Part shown: positions 47,275 through 57,800 of the stretch, piece by piece
Layout of the letters: each line of letters begins with the position of its first letter
How positions within the stretch are numbered: position 1 is the first letter of the stretch
Virus record (IMG/VR): IMGVR_UViG_3300024346_000007
Source: a virus
DNA: 64,000 nucleotides
Reading direction: 5' to 3' (one strand)
The notes under the pieces: generated by a model
Databases searched by the model: none
Told to the model about the DNA's origin: nothing
Seen by the model: the letters and a program-made list of their open reading frames with translations, nothing else
Translations under genes and position numbers: made by a program

Positions 47275-48531
47275 TTATTCAAATTTACCTACTGCTATTA
47301 TTTCATCTACGCTATCAAATGTATACCCTAATGTTGCCGTATTTACTGTTAATAAAGTACTAGCTCCTATTTCACCAAACGATATTATATGCGTTGCGTC
47401 TACAAATACTCCGTTTACAAAGAACTTGAAATCATTTATAGATGTAGCTGGTAATTGTGATGATACTGGTGGTTGCAGTATTGATGTATTAAGGAATGTT
47501 GCAGTATTTGCAGTTGTTGATGCAGGGTCTGCCTTATATGTCTTAGATGCATTTAGATATGTTATTGTAGCTGCATCTATTACATTTATCTGTGTTATAT
47601 TTGTCACGTTCACTCCTTCTGGTATGTAAGATGTTTTAGCAACAGATGGTGTAGTTCCTGTAGAATACCTTATATCCTCTACATTTTGTCCTGATGCCTC
47701 TAGTGTGAATAGTATTTGTGTTTTAGATCTGTACTTGAATGCATTAGAGGCCAAGAATCGATCTATATTGTTTGGGGTGAGGTATCCGTTCATTACGAGA
47801 GTAAAGGTGCTTATAAAGCGCCTATCGCTTCCCTCAGCTATCTCATTTGTAATAGGGAAGTTGTCAATTCTAGCTTTGAATAAAAACTTTCCAGGCTCTC
47901 CCCAATAAGCATCTGATCTAAACCCTATCGCCTCTATAATTTTATTGAGATCTTCGTAAAAAGATACGTATATATTACAAGTATATGTTAGTGTATAATA
48001 GTCAGGGACTACTACATTATAGAATTCTCTTACAGGAGCTCTATTAGTAAGGACTGCGAAGTTATCGTATTGATTTTTTTTAGTATACCTCTTCTCGTAG
48101 TTCTGATATATGTTTACTTTGTTGCCATCAAGCTTAGTTGTGAGGGACCTATTACGCTCTAAGTTGTCCCTTTTAACAGTTATTATAGGAAGTATAATTT
48201 TACCTTCCTTATCTCTGTACACTCCGTCCTTTTGTGCTGTTTTCCATCTCTCAGCATCAGCAAATATTATAGGAATGTTTTGCTTAGACCCTTCGTTTAT
48301 TACGTAAGGCTTTATGACTTCATCAAAATAATACAATATAGCACTATCTATATCTTGAAGACCTACAGATATGTTTTTTATCTCTTCTCCACGTAAAGAA
48401 TTATCATCTCCTCTTTTGTAATCTTGTATAGAGGGCTTACTTGAAGTTTCTATATAAGGATCTATCTGAGAATTTAATATTTCAGCCTCTGTTTTTGGTC
48501 TATTTTTTATGACACGCTTTTGTAGTGGCAT
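47275..48531 (-). CDS. Tail completion/sheath stabiliser (T4 gp15-like) with C-terminal extension
   Basis: IDSAILYYF, IPIIFADAERW, ILPIITVKR, PDYYTLTY; position after the neck genes. Confidence 0.6.
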   Translation of the reverse strand: MPLQKRVIKNRPKTEAEILNSQIDPYIETSSKPSIQDYKRGDDNSLRGEEIKNISVGLQDIDSAILYYFDEVIKPYVINEGSKQNIPIIFADAERWKTAQKDGVYRDKEGKIILPIITVKRDNLERNRSLTTKLDGNKVNIYQNYEKRYTKKNQYDNFAVLTNRAPVREFYNVVVPDYYTLTYTCNIYVSFYEDLNKIIEAIGFRSDAYWGEPGKFLFKARIDNFPITNEIAEGSDRRFISTFTLVMNGYLTPNNIDRFLASNAFKYRSKTQILFTLEASGQNVEDIRYSTGTTPSVAKTSYIPEGVNVTNITQINVIDAATITYLNASKTYKADPASTTANTATFLNTSILQPPVSSQLPATSINDFKFFVNGVFVDATHIISFGEIGASTLLTVNTATLGYTFDSVDEIIAVGKFE

Positions 48532-48532
48532 T

Positions 48533-49021
48533 TTATGTAGTTTTAATGAGGTTTAGTTTATTAACTCCAGTAAGATGCGCCTTACATATCATAGACCATG
48601 ACTCACCATACTTCTCTAGATCTGATTCTAAAGAATATTCTGGGTTCTTACCCATCACTCTTTGGTTTTCTACTACAAGATCTACTTCATAGTAAGATTC
48701 TTGCCAACATATAATGTCTCCAGCCTCAGTAACTAAATTTAAATCTATTAAATCATCTCTTAAAAATCTAAACTCTGCTGTTTGTGCTCTAGATTTACCA
48801 AAGGTTTGGTCTTCAGACACCTGTTGATCTACTAAGTATAGACAAGCTATTAATATAGGCTGGTTATACATCTTGTTTTTAGACTCTCCGTATATATTAT
48901 ACTTAGTCTCCGGTAGAGATATCTTATAATACAGCACCTCCTCAGCAATAATCCTATTTACGATTTGTCTGCTGTGATGTCTGAAAAAGGATCTTGCTCT
49001 TATTCCGCCGTATAGTGCCAT
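48533..49021 (-). CDS. Neck/head-closure protein (T4 gp14-like)
   Basis: YNIYGES, FLRDDL, GDIICWQESYYEV; synteny. Confidence 0.6.
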   Translation of the reverse strand: MALYGGIRARSFFRHHSRQIVNRIIAEEVLYYKISLPETKYNIYGESKNKMYNQPILIACLYLVDQQVSEDQTFGKSRAQTAEFRFLRDDLIDLNLVTEAGDIICWQESYYEVDLVVENQRVMGKNPEYSLESDLEKYGESWSMICKAHLTGVNKLNLIKTT

Positions 49022-49410
49022 TAATCTAGTTGTATTAAAGTGTCTAGCTTGGGTTTAGCCGCAACTATGCCAACAATATTATCAATATCTTGTTTTTTAT
49101 CAGAACCCACCATAGCTTTTTTAATATACTCTAGATGTTTTTTAGGATCTTTATTGGTAATAAATTTAACCTCCACTGTACTATATTCATAGTCTGTGAG
49201 AGTTCTGTTAATTTTATCCAATCTTTCATCTCCTCTCAAGTCTACAATAGTAACACTCTTTATACCTCTTACTCTTTCTACGGCCTGTACTCTATTAAAC
49301 TTTTTTTTAAACTTAATAAGGAATACACAAGAGTACGTATGAAAAGTTTTCTTTATAGACTCTTTTCTTTCAAATCTATCTTCTATTAATATATCTATTA
49401 ACTTTACCAT
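49021..49410 (-). CDS. Hypothetical protein with a capsid-targeting-like N-terminus
   Basis: Starts MVKLIDILIE. Confidence 0.6.
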   Translation of the reverse strand: MVKLIDILIEDRFERKESIKKTFHTYSCVFLIKFKKKFNRVQAVERVRGIKSVTIVDLRGDERLDKINRTLTDYEYSTVEVKFITNKDPKKHLEYIKKAMVGSDKKQDIDNIVGIVAAKPKLDTLIQLD

Positions 49411-50633
49411 TATGCTATGTAAATTGGCATTGGAAAATTGATAAAAGTATCACGCATCATAGCAGCTTCTTGAGATTTTTTCTCCATCTGTTTTTGACGT
49501 GACGTATCATCTAAAGTTCCTCTAAGTTGATCAATTAAAGCACCTTTTTCAGCAGTGGCTTGATCTATTAAAGTCTGTCCGTTTATAGTAACTTCTGCTC
49601 CAGGTACTGGTATTTGGCTATACACCCCTCTTATATTTCCTAAAGTCTCTTTAGTTATAGCTAGAGCATAATCAAATATCCATTTTTTGAATATGTCATT
49701 GATTTGACTGTATACAATTGTGTGGAACGGAACATTACTTATGTTTGTGATTATATTAGCACTTCCAGGTCCTATACCTACAGTAGTTACACTTGTAGCA
49801 GACGATCCAGATATAGCTACTCCACCTCTGATCAAAGAACCCATTTCAGACTTCTTAACATATGTGAAATATAACCTCCTATCAAAAGTTGGTATTGGGA
49901 ATATCCTCAATTGATTGTTGTGTATCTCAAATGTATAAGCTGATTTTCTTATTTGATCATTGAATTCAATAGCTTGTATTTTAAGTACATCAAAATATAC
50001 AGGCATCAACATAAAGTTAATACCAGGAGACATTTGACCAAAGCCAAAAGTTTCCATCAATGATTGCAATCCTGTACCAGTTCCTGCATATGGATCAAAG
50101 TACCTTGTAATAGCTGGTGGTGCTTCGTAAAATATCCTTTTTATATCTATCTGATCTCCAGATTGAGCTGCGCCAGAAGAACTAGCCCATGCGTTTAAAT
50201 CGTAATACTGACGTCCTGAATATAAATCTATTGATCCTGTATAATAAGGTACATTTCCTCCACTTCCTACTTCACTGCCGTAATCAGCAGCTATTCTCAT
50301 TATATTTGTAAAGTTAGGCTGGATTAATGCATTATTTAAAGAACTACCAGTGGGGCTTCCCTCCATCGATAAGTAATTCTCTCTTATCTTATACTCATAT
50401 AGTTCTTTACCATATGCAGATATTGCATCTTCCAATGCAGCGTAGAAGTTGATATCTTGTAATTCTATCTCCATGATAGGATATCCCAGTCTTCTAGATG
50501 CAAATTTTACAAATTTTGGACCGTCTGCCTGAAATTGAGGATCAGCATCATAATATCCAAAAGGAGTATTACCAGATACTGGCAATAATGCTATAGATGC
50601 GTCGTAATATTGTATTTCTACTTGTCCTGCCAT
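49410..50633 (-). CDS. Neck/head-tail adaptor protein (T4 gp13-like)
   Basis: RRLGYPIMEIEL, WIFDYALAITKETLGNIRG, VTINGQTL, PMPIYIA. Confidence 0.75.
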   Translation of the reverse strand: MAGQVEIQYYDASIALLPVSGNTPFGYYDADPQFQADGPKFVKFASRRLGYPIMEIELQDINFYAALEDAISAYGKELYEYKIRENYLSMEGSPTGSSLNNALIQPNFTNIMRIAADYGSEVGSGGNVPYYTGSIDLYSGRQYYDLNAWASSSGAAQSGDQIDIKRIFYEAPPAITRYFDPYAGTGTGLQSLMETFGFGQMSPGINFMLMPVYFDVLKIQAIEFNDQIRKSAYTFEIHNNQLRIFPIPTFDRRLYFTYVKKSEMGSLIRGGVAISGSSATSVTTVGIGPGSANIITNISNVPFHTIVYSQINDIFKKWIFDYALAITKETLGNIRGVYSQIPVPGAEVTINGQTLIDQATAEKGALIDQLRGTLDDTSRQKQMEKKSQEAAMMRDTFINFPMPIYIA

Positions 50634-50661
50634 TTATAATTCTTTATAAATATAAATATCG

Positions 50662-51351
50662 CTAACTCCTGTATTGTTCAAATATAGCCAGCATAGGTTC
50701 TACTATTGGGTGCCTATGATTGGTTTGCAGGGTTATTGTGCTAAATCCTGGGATATCTTTCATATGCTTACATATAAAATCAAACCCTGAGTCTTTCTTA
50801 TTCTTAAGATCTATCTGTGCACTGTCTCCACATATAATAATCTTGGATCCTATACACAAACGTCCCATAATAAGCTCCAGTTGATTCTCAGAACAGTTTT
50901 GTGCTTCGTCTATTATGACTATGCAGTTACTGAAGTTGAACCCTCTAAGAAATCCTACTGGGATGATCTCTATCTCTCCTTCTAATACTAACTTTTCTAT
51001 CTTTTCTTTACCAGTAAGCCTATACATGTTATCATATACAGGTGCGGTAAATGGTGCCATCTTCTCATCTTTTGTACCTGGCAAGAATCCAATCTGTTCT
51101 CCGGCTGTAATAGCGGGCCTAGCTATTATAATCTTCTCAACTTCTTTCTTAAATAGCATATCTAGTGCTATTTGTGCCGCTAATAACGATTTACCACTAC
51201 CTGCCTTTCCTCTGATAACTGCAATATCGCTGTTTATTATTTTCTCTTTTGCAATCTTCTGTTCATCGTTTAATGATAACTGAAATTTGATTGGGTTTTT
51301 AGGGACTCTCTTCTGCTGAAACACGGGATCTTTGTGATGGTTTGATGACAT
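50662..51351 (-). CDS. phoH: PhoH-like ATPase
   Basis: GKAGSGKS, IIIARP, IGFLPG, FLRGFNF, IIDEAQN, GDSAQIDL, RHPIV. Confidence 0.93.
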   Translation of the reverse strand: MSSNHHKDPVFQQKRVPKNPIKFQLSLNDEQKIAKEKIINSDIAVIRGKAGSGKSLLAAQIALDMLFKKEVEKIIIARPAITAGEQIGFLPGTKDEKMAPFTAPVYDNMYRLTGKEKIEKLVLEGEIEIIPVGFLRGFNFSNCIVIIDEAQNCSENQLELIMGRLCIGSKIIICGDSAQIDLKNKKDSGFDFICKHMKDIPGFSTITLQTNHRHPIVEPMLAIFEQYRS

Positions 51352-51383
51352 AAACTAGTTTTATATAAATAGATTATAATAAT

Positions 51384-51410
51384 AAAAAAGCCGGGATAAA
51401 CCCGGCTCTT
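51384..51410 (-). terminator. Intrinsic terminator after the major capsid gene
   Basis: AGCCGGG-TTTAT-CCCGGCT followed by a U tract. Confidence 0.85.
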
Positions 51411-51431
51411 TCATTTTATTTCCTCATCTGA

Positions 51432-53060
51432 TTAGATAGAGGCTAGATCAGCTACTGCTATCTTTCCGAAGAATTCAGCACGCAACATTTTCTTAGCATA
51501 CCTAGTCATCAGACCTTTCCTTGGTGTGAAAGTTTCTGGATCGTAGAGTAAAGGAGTCATGATCAATGGAATATAAGGAGCGAACACAGCACCTGTTTCA
51601 AGGAACTGGCTGCCTTTATAAGCCAAAAGAACAGTGTTTTCATTCATGTATGGGTTAACATACACTTTGTAACGGCTATTCAATTGACCAGCTTTGTGTG
51701 AACCCATTGCAAACTCTTCTCTGCTACCATCGGTATCAGCGGCATAGCCAGGGATAGATTCGATGATTGTAGCGATAGAAGGTCCGCACATGATAACGTT
51801 AGCTTGTCCACGAAGAGTCTTCTTGTGAATAGTACGAGCTACGCTTTGGATCTTTGTACCCAATGTAGCAAACCAGCCACCTTGTGTATTGTAGAATCCA
51901 GTTGAAGGAGCAGTCCAAGTTCCAGTTGCTTTATTGTAGAACGTATTGTTCGCAGCAGACCAGAATTCGGTAGTGTTTGCATTTTGGATCAACATGTCGA
52001 TGATCTCAAGATCGATTTCAAGAGAAATGTACTCAGAAAGAGTTGAAGTCAATTCAGCTTCAGCATCCAAAGATTGGTATGCGTTCAAATCTTGACTAAA
52101 TTCCGGAGTCCACTTAGCTTTTAATTTCCTTGTTTTAGCAACAACTGCCTCAGAACGCATTTCTACGTTGATTTCAGGGATTGCATTAGATCCAGTTAAT
52201 GGGCTAGATGCTGCATCTTCGAAGTCACCACGGCTGTTATCAGCAGGTTGCTTTTGATAGAATACTGCTCCAGAACCAGATCCAAGGTTTACTTGACCTG
52301 CAGAACCAGATACAACGAAAGAAAGAGTGCCGTTAGAAGCGTATGAAGTAAACTCAGCAAGCAAGTTGCTTTCGTTAACACCGCTACCAGTTACAACAAA
52401 TCCACGAACACCGTTAGTATCCATACCAGAAAGCGCAACAGTTGCAGTTGTGATAGACAACTTACGTAGTTGACCAGCAGCTGCAGAAGCACTGTAAAGA
52501 GAATTGAAGTTAACGTCAGCTGCAGATGCAGTTGTGATTACATAGTTAGCAGAAGCAGAAGCTTCGTTAATTGAGTAACCGAAACGACCAGCACCATAAA
52601 GACCACCAGAAGGATCAACATCTTTAACGTTGGTTGTACCATACATGCTATCACCAGAAGTAAATCTGTTAGCTTGTGCTGTACCTGGTACGTTAGTACC
52701 ATACTTGAATTCAAGGAAGAATACAAGACCAGCAGGGAGGGTCATTGGTTGTACACTAACAAATTCTTTAGCAGAAATGTCAGCGAAGATCTTACGCACG
52801 AGCGGAAGAGCTACACCAGCCCATTGTTCACCAGAACCAACGGTAAAAGAACCACCAGTACCAGTTTGAGATTGTTCAACCATAAGCTGTTTAGCTTGGT
52901 TTTCGAGGATGATAGCCATACGCTCTTTGCCGTATGGTTGCTTTGAAAGGTCATTACCTTCCAAAAGACCAGTTTCACCCCACTTCTTAACTAACCTTTG
53001 GGCTTCCGTCATTTGGGAAGCGTAAGGATTAGAACTTTCTAAGAGAGATTGTACGTTCAT
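51432..53060 (-). CDS. Major capsid protein (T4 gp23-like)
   Basis: ILENQA, LPLVRK, VSVQPMTLPAGLVFFL, AKTRKLKAKWTPEFSQDL, IDLEII, FAPYIPL, FTPRKGLMTRYA. Confidence 0.97.
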   Translation of the reverse strand: MNVQSLLESSNPYASQMTEAQRLVKKWGETGLLEGNDLSKQPYGKERMAIILENQAKQLMVEQSQTGTGGSFTVGSGEQWAGVALPLVRKIFADISAKEFVSVQPMTLPAGLVFFLEFKYGTNVPGTAQANRFTSGDSMYGTTNVKDVDPSGGLYGAGRFGYSINEASASANYVITTASAADVNFNSLYSASAAAGQLRKLSITTATVALSGMDTNGVRGFVVTGSGVNESNLLAEFTSYASNGTLSFVVSGSAGQVNLGSGSGAVFYQKQPADNSRGDFEDAASSPLTGSNAIPEINVEMRSEAVVAKTRKLKAKWTPEFSQDLNAYQSLDAEAELTSTLSEYISLEIDLEIIDMLIQNANTTEFWSAANNTFYNKATGTWTAPSTGFYNTQGGWFATLGTKIQSVARTIHKKTLRGQANVIMCGPSIATIIESIPGYAADTDGSREEFAMGSHKAGQLNSRYKVYVNPYMNENTVLLAYKGSQFLETGAVFAPYIPLIMTPLLYDPETFTPRKGLMTRYAKKMLRAEFFGKIAVADLASI

Positions 53061-53087
53061 TTTCTAATTTTTATTTTTGTTTTTAAA

Positions 53088-54170
53088 TTACTTGATTATA
53101 CCAGCAAGTTTCTGCCATCTTGATACTTGTTTATCAACATCGCCAACTACGCTTTCGTTTATAACACGTTTTGTTGAAGTACCAGCTGCGCTAGAAGCGA
53201 AACCGATAGATTCTTTAAGACCGGATTTAACATTATCGTTTTTAACGCTGAATGCTTGATCCAAAGATTCGTGAACGATCTTTGATTCATTAACAGTTTC
53301 AGCTTTGTCAAAAGCACTGATAACTTTAATCTTTTGTTGTTCTGACAAGTTGTACTTGCGAAGAATTTTATTCAGATAAAGAAGTTTAGCGTTGATCAAA
53401 TTGGTTTCATTAACCTTTTGAGTTAACTCAGCAGCTTGACGTCTAATTTCTTGAAGTTCTTCTGATTCTTTTGGTTCATCTTCTTTCTTTTCTTTAGCAG
53501 CTTTAGCTTGCTTCATTTTTTCAAGAAGACTCATCATCTCTTCTTCAAGAGTTGCAACTTCGTCTTTTTCTTCTTCTTTTTCTTCTTTTTCCTCATCATC
53601 ATCACCAGCAAGTTCAGCTAAAAGAGCTTGGATATCTATTTCTTCATCCATATCTTCTTTAGCTTCTTCTTCTTCGGCATCGTCTTTGTCCTCAGCTTCG
53701 TAAACTTCACCATCTTCTTCAGATTCTTTAGCCTCGTAAGCTTCATCTTCTTCTTCTTCAGGAGCTTCCATTACTTTATCATCTTTACCCATTTCGTCAG
53801 CTTCTAATTCTGCTAATAGTTCATCAAGATTGAATCCTTCGTCAGCTTCGTCTTCTTCAGATGATTTTTTCATTTCTTTTTCTTCTTCTTCTTCTCCTGC
53901 TTCATACTCATCACTTTCACCTGCTTCGTGTTCTTTAGATCCATCTTCTTCAGGTTCAGCAACTTTTTTCTTTTTCTCAAATAAAGCAGCTTCATCTTCC
54001 TCTTCGTATTCTTCTTCGAGGTCATCAGCTTCTTCTTCAAGACGTGCAGTAAGCATAGATTTGATTTTAGAATCAAAAGCTTCGTTTAAACTAGCCTTGG
54101 CATTCTCAATAGCCATTTTTTTGATAGCATCCGCATCTGCGATTGCTTCTTTGAGCAAATTTGTGTTCAT
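53088..54170 (-). CDS. Prohead core scaffold protein (T4 gp22-like)
   Basis: Very acidic coiled coil between the protease and capsid genes; NLINAKLLYLNK; ends RWQKLAGI. Confidence 0.85.
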   Translation of the reverse strand: MNTNLLKEAIADADAIKKMAIENAKASLNEAFDSKIKSMLTARLEEEADDLEEEYEEEDEAALFEKKKKVAEPEEDGSKEHEAGESDEYEAGEEEEEKEMKKSSEEDEADEGFNLDELLAELEADEMGKDDKVMEAPEEEEDEAYEAKESEEDGEVYEAEDKDDAEEEEAKEDMDEEIDIQALLAELAGDDDEEKEEKEEEKDEVATLEEEMMSLLEKMKQAKAAKEKKEDEPKESEELQEIRRQAAELTQKVNETNLINAKLLYLNKILRKYNLSEQQKIKVISAFDKAETVNESKIVHESLDQAFSVKNDNVKSGLKESIGFASSAAGTSTKRVINESVVGDVDKQVSRWQKLAGIIK

Positions 54171-54323
54171 TTTCCTTAAAATTTGTTTTTTGGATTTACG
54201 CCTATTAGAGGTGCAATAGATTTTTTATATTTCAACTCTTTATAGAAAAGAGTATTAGGCGAATATTTCTATAATAAATATATAGAAATTATAAAAACCA
54301 ATCTTTTTATAAATATTTTTTAA

Positions 54324-54932
54324 TTAGCAGTGGCAAACACCGGTATTATTGCAAATTAAATCTTTAACTATCTTATCTATACTATCGTATGACTTTTTAG
54401 TTGCTTCATATCCTTCTCTGAGGCTTAGGTTGGCCCCTTGGGTTGATTCAAAGGACACTAAATCAAAGGTAAGAAGATTAAAATCATCATTAACAGTAAC
54501 GGTACCATCATGTGATTCTTGTACACTTCCCATACCTCTTGAACTAATACCTACTGGAATGCCTCTACGAAGCAATCCTGCGGCTATTCTGCCTGCTGGG
54601 AACTCATCTCCGTCTAGTATTTCAATATCTCCACATACATCATCTCCTTTCCAGTATATCTTCTTGATATTATGTGATACGTTCTTTAGATTCACTACGT
54701 TAGAATCACTGTGGTCTAGTTCTCCTAAAGCACGGTTAGCTTTTACCATAGTATCATTGTACTTATCTATCTCTCTCCTCAATACATCTGAAGGATATAC
54801 CCTGCCATTCCTATTTTTAGCATTAGAACGTTGTATAATCACTCCTGTGATCATCATAGGCTTACCAGGTTCGTATGCTTCTAATAGCTGATTCGGTAAT
54901 TGTATCTGATGGTATTCTGTAAGTACTTGCAT
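54324..54932 (-). CDS. Prohead protease (T4 gp21-like)
   Basis: NRNGRVYP, ALGELDH, VSHNI, GISSRGMGS, FDLVS. Confidence 0.95.
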   Translation of the reverse strand: MQVLTEYHQIQLPNQLLEAYEPGKPMMITGVIIQRSNAKNRNGRVYPSDVLRREIDKYNDTMVKANRALGELDHSDSNVVNLKNVSHNIKKIYWKGDDVCGDIEILDGDEFPAGRIAAGLLRRGIPVGISSRGMGSVQESHDGTVTVNDDFNLLTFDLVSFESTQGANLSLREGYEATKKSYDSIDKIVKDLICNNTGVCHC

Positions 54933-54943
54933 GTTGTATATAA

Positions 54944-57799
54944 TTATATTCCTTTTATTTTTTTGAAAATCATTTCATCTGTAACATTTTTTTCATCATT
55001 AGGGTCCTTATTGTCATCAGATATTCCTTTAGCTTGCCTAAACACAGATATTAAACCTTCTGCATTTTTTGCACTTCCCTTTGCTTTTATAGCATCTTTA
55101 AGCTGCGGTGTTATATTAGCAACCAATCTATCTAACTGGTCAGCTCCTTGACCTTTAGTTGCCACTGGCCCTTGTTCAGCTACTCTACCGCCTCTAGCAG
55201 TCAAAGAGTCTGGATTGTATGGCTGTGTAAGCTGTGATCCTAATGGAGAGTCAGAAGCATAGTCTAATTGATCTAGATCTGATACTTGATACCCTTCTGG
55301 TGCATATGAATTGAATATTGCTATTGCATCTACGCCCATTGCTTGTAGTTCATGTACTAGTTTAGATACTATAGCATGTTTAGCACTGCCGTTAGCGTGT
55401 GTGTAAGGATTATCACTGTCTTGAAAACCCCAATCATACTTCTTTAGATACTCTTCAAGACGCTTTTTTTTTACATCTTTACCTTGATATCCCCAATACT
55501 GGCTTACTTCGGCTTCTTTGATTGCCTCACGAATACGCTTACGAATATATGATTCCATTGCCTCGTTAGCAGGGCTAGGAAATACTTTATCTAGTACTTT
55601 ATTAAGAGGATCCATTGTATCTTGTATCTTTGTAACCTTCTTATCTGGGGCTTCGTATGTACCTGTAACGTTTCCGTTTTTAGTTCCAACAAACATTGCT
55701 TTTCCAGCACTAGTCAATTCTACTATTAGTTCATTTTTATCTTTATTGAACATAGCACTTTTTACAGTATCTGATACGTTTAATGTTTTGTCTGCGTCTG
55801 TAGGGTCTTGTATTATAAAAGAGACTCTAGAAGTTTCTATTTTTTTCTTATCTTCTTTAGATAAGTCTTCATCTATGTCCACTCTTTTCGCTTTCATTTC
55901 TGCTTTTTGATAAACAGAATATCCAGGTCCCATTTTTTTAGCTATTTCCATAGCTTCTACTCTATCATCGGTTCCAAGAGGCCCACCATCAGCATCTCTC
56001 AATAATCTACCGTTTGGATACTTCTCCGTATCATTTTTATCTACTATATAATATTTGTACGTTAGATCAGATGGGTTTATAGTTGCCATTTTAACTCCCA
56101 TATTAACAGGTACGCTTATAAACCTACCCATTTGCTTAACAGTTTTCATTTCTGGCTTTTCTGCCTTTACTTTATCTTGAGTAGCTTTTTCTTTACCGGG
56201 TTCAGATCTAAAAGTAGTTAGTACTTTTGTAAGATCACTTTTTTGACCTACTGGGCTTTTGCTTTTTAATACTATGCTTCCTTTTCTAACTGGGCCAACA
56301 GACATCTTTTGGTTAAATTGAAGAGGTACTCCAACTTCAATATCTTCAAAAGCTATATCTTTATTGTCAGGATCAGACTTAACAAATTTAAGTATCTGAC
56401 CTACACTCATGTCTGCTACATTTTCTTTTCCGCCATCTATTGTTAGCCCTACTTTATACTTAGGACCTTCATCAGCTTTAGCTATAGTTGGCTCATCTAC
56501 TGGTTTATCTTTAGAAGCTTTTGGCTCTTCCTTATAATCTTCAATAGATTTAAATCCGCTTTCTAAACCTTTTGCAGATTTAAAGTTTCTAACTTGAGTA
56601 TCTGTGAGACTTATAATATACTCCCCTGTAGCTGTTTCTCCTTTATCATCAATATTCTTTTTAGCTACTTTACTGTTAATTAAAGTACCATCTAGTTTGC
56701 TTCCTGGAATGGTTTTAATTAGATACTTCTTCCTTGCTTCTTCCTCGTTTAAAAAAGAACTTTCTTTAAGGCTTTTCATATTATCGTATATTAATTTTAT
56801 CATTTTATATAGGTCACCTTTATTATCTTTGTCTAATCTATTTTTTATTATATACTCTATAGCAGCATCTCTTTCTGATTCTTTTTCTATAGAATCAAAC
56901 AACTTATTCAGAAATATTTTTATAGAGTTTCCTACTTCTTCTTTTGCTTTTTTCTTTTCTGCGTCTGGTATTGATGTTGTTTTTGATAGATCATAATTGT
57001 TTTTTATCTTATTTAATATTCTATCATTGTCTAATACAAACCCAGAGGCAGCTGCTTTATCTTCTTTAGAAAAATTATCTGCTACATCCGTTGTTTTAGA
57101 AGCTTGGGGCTCCGGTATTTCCTCATCTGCTGGTTCTTCCATGTCAGCTTCATCATAAAGAAAACTAAGATCTACGTCTAGAGGCTCTTCTTCATCACCA
57201 GTTGATGTAGCAGGTGTTGATTTTACCCTCTTAAGTTTTTGCTTTTCTCTATCAGTTAAAAAACTATTAAAAGTAAATAAGTCCATAGGCCTTTTACTTA
57301 AACCTTCAGAAATATCTTTTATAGGAACTAGTACTAGCTTTATCTTATCTTTTTGTTCATTAGTTAATCCTTTAACTACATCCTCTTTTAGATATATGTA
57401 ATAAGTATGGTCCGCACCAGTCCTTCTTCCAAATCTAGCCTTTGGTATAGTTATATAGTATATGTCTATGTAATGATTAGGTTCTGAGCTGGTAGGTGAT
57501 ACTAAGGTCGATACTTTAGGATTTACATTTTGTTTTAGATCTTTAAAATCTTGCTCTGAAATAGACCTATATATAGTGTATATTTTTTGACGTACCCCTT
57601 TAGTAAGGTTGTTAAATCTTATTTCGTGTACCGATCCTGCCTTATATGAAGATTTTAACCCTTCTGGGTTTATATTTAATCCGTATGTTTTTGAAGCTTT
57701 TTTAGGAGGCTCCATTTCATCCCTCGTCCGTCTCTTCCTTTTTATAGGATCTTCTTCGGCTTCGTTAAAGAAATCATATATTTCAGACTGTAGGCCCAT
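54944..57799 (-). CDS. Large Lys/Glu-rich putative internal head protein (951 aa)
   Basis: Lies between the portal and protease genes; multiple [LIF]xE sites (FFNE, LKE, FLNE, IRE, IKE). Confidence 0.6.
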   Translation of the reverse strand: MGLQSEIYDFFNEAEEDPIKRKRRTRDEMEPPKKASKTYGLNINPEGLKSSYKAGSVHEIRFNNLTKGVRQKIYTIYRSISEQDFKDLKQNVNPKVSTLVSPTSSEPNHYIDIYYITIPKARFGRRTGADHTYYIYLKEDVVKGLTNEQKDKIKLVLVPIKDISEGLSKRPMDLFTFNSFLTDREKQKLKRVKSTPATSTGDEEEPLDVDLSFLYDEADMEEPADEEIPEPQASKTTDVADNFSKEDKAAASGFVLDNDRILNKIKNNYDLSKTTSIPDAEKKKAKEEVGNSIKIFLNKLFDSIEKESERDAAIEYIIKNRLDKDNKGDLYKMIKLIYDNMKSLKESSFLNEEEARKKYLIKTIPGSKLDGTLINSKVAKKNIDDKGETATGEYIISLTDTQVRNFKSAKGLESGFKSIEDYKEEPKASKDKPVDEPTIAKADEGPKYKVGLTIDGGKENVADMSVGQILKFVKSDPDNKDIAFEDIEVGVPLQFNQKMSVGPVRKGSIVLKSKSPVGQKSDLTKVLTTFRSEPGKEKATQDKVKAEKPEMKTVKQMGRFISVPVNMGVKMATINPSDLTYKYYIVDKNDTEKYPNGRLLRDADGGPLGTDDRVEAMEIAKKMGPGYSVYQKAEMKAKRVDIDEDLSKEDKKKIETSRVSFIIQDPTDADKTLNVSDTVKSAMFNKDKNELIVELTSAGKAMFVGTKNGNVTGTYEAPDKKVTKIQDTMDPLNKVLDKVFPSPANEAMESYIRKRIREAIKEAEVSQYWGYQGKDVKKKRLEEYLKKYDWGFQDSDNPYTHANGSAKHAIVSKLVHELQAMGVDAIAIFNSYAPEGYQVSDLDQLDYASDSPLGSQLTQPYNPDSLTARGGRVAEQGPVATKGQGADQLDRLVANITPQLKDAIKAKGSAKNAEGLISVFRQAKGISDDNKDPNDEKNVTDEMIFKKIKGI

Positions 57800-57800
57800 C

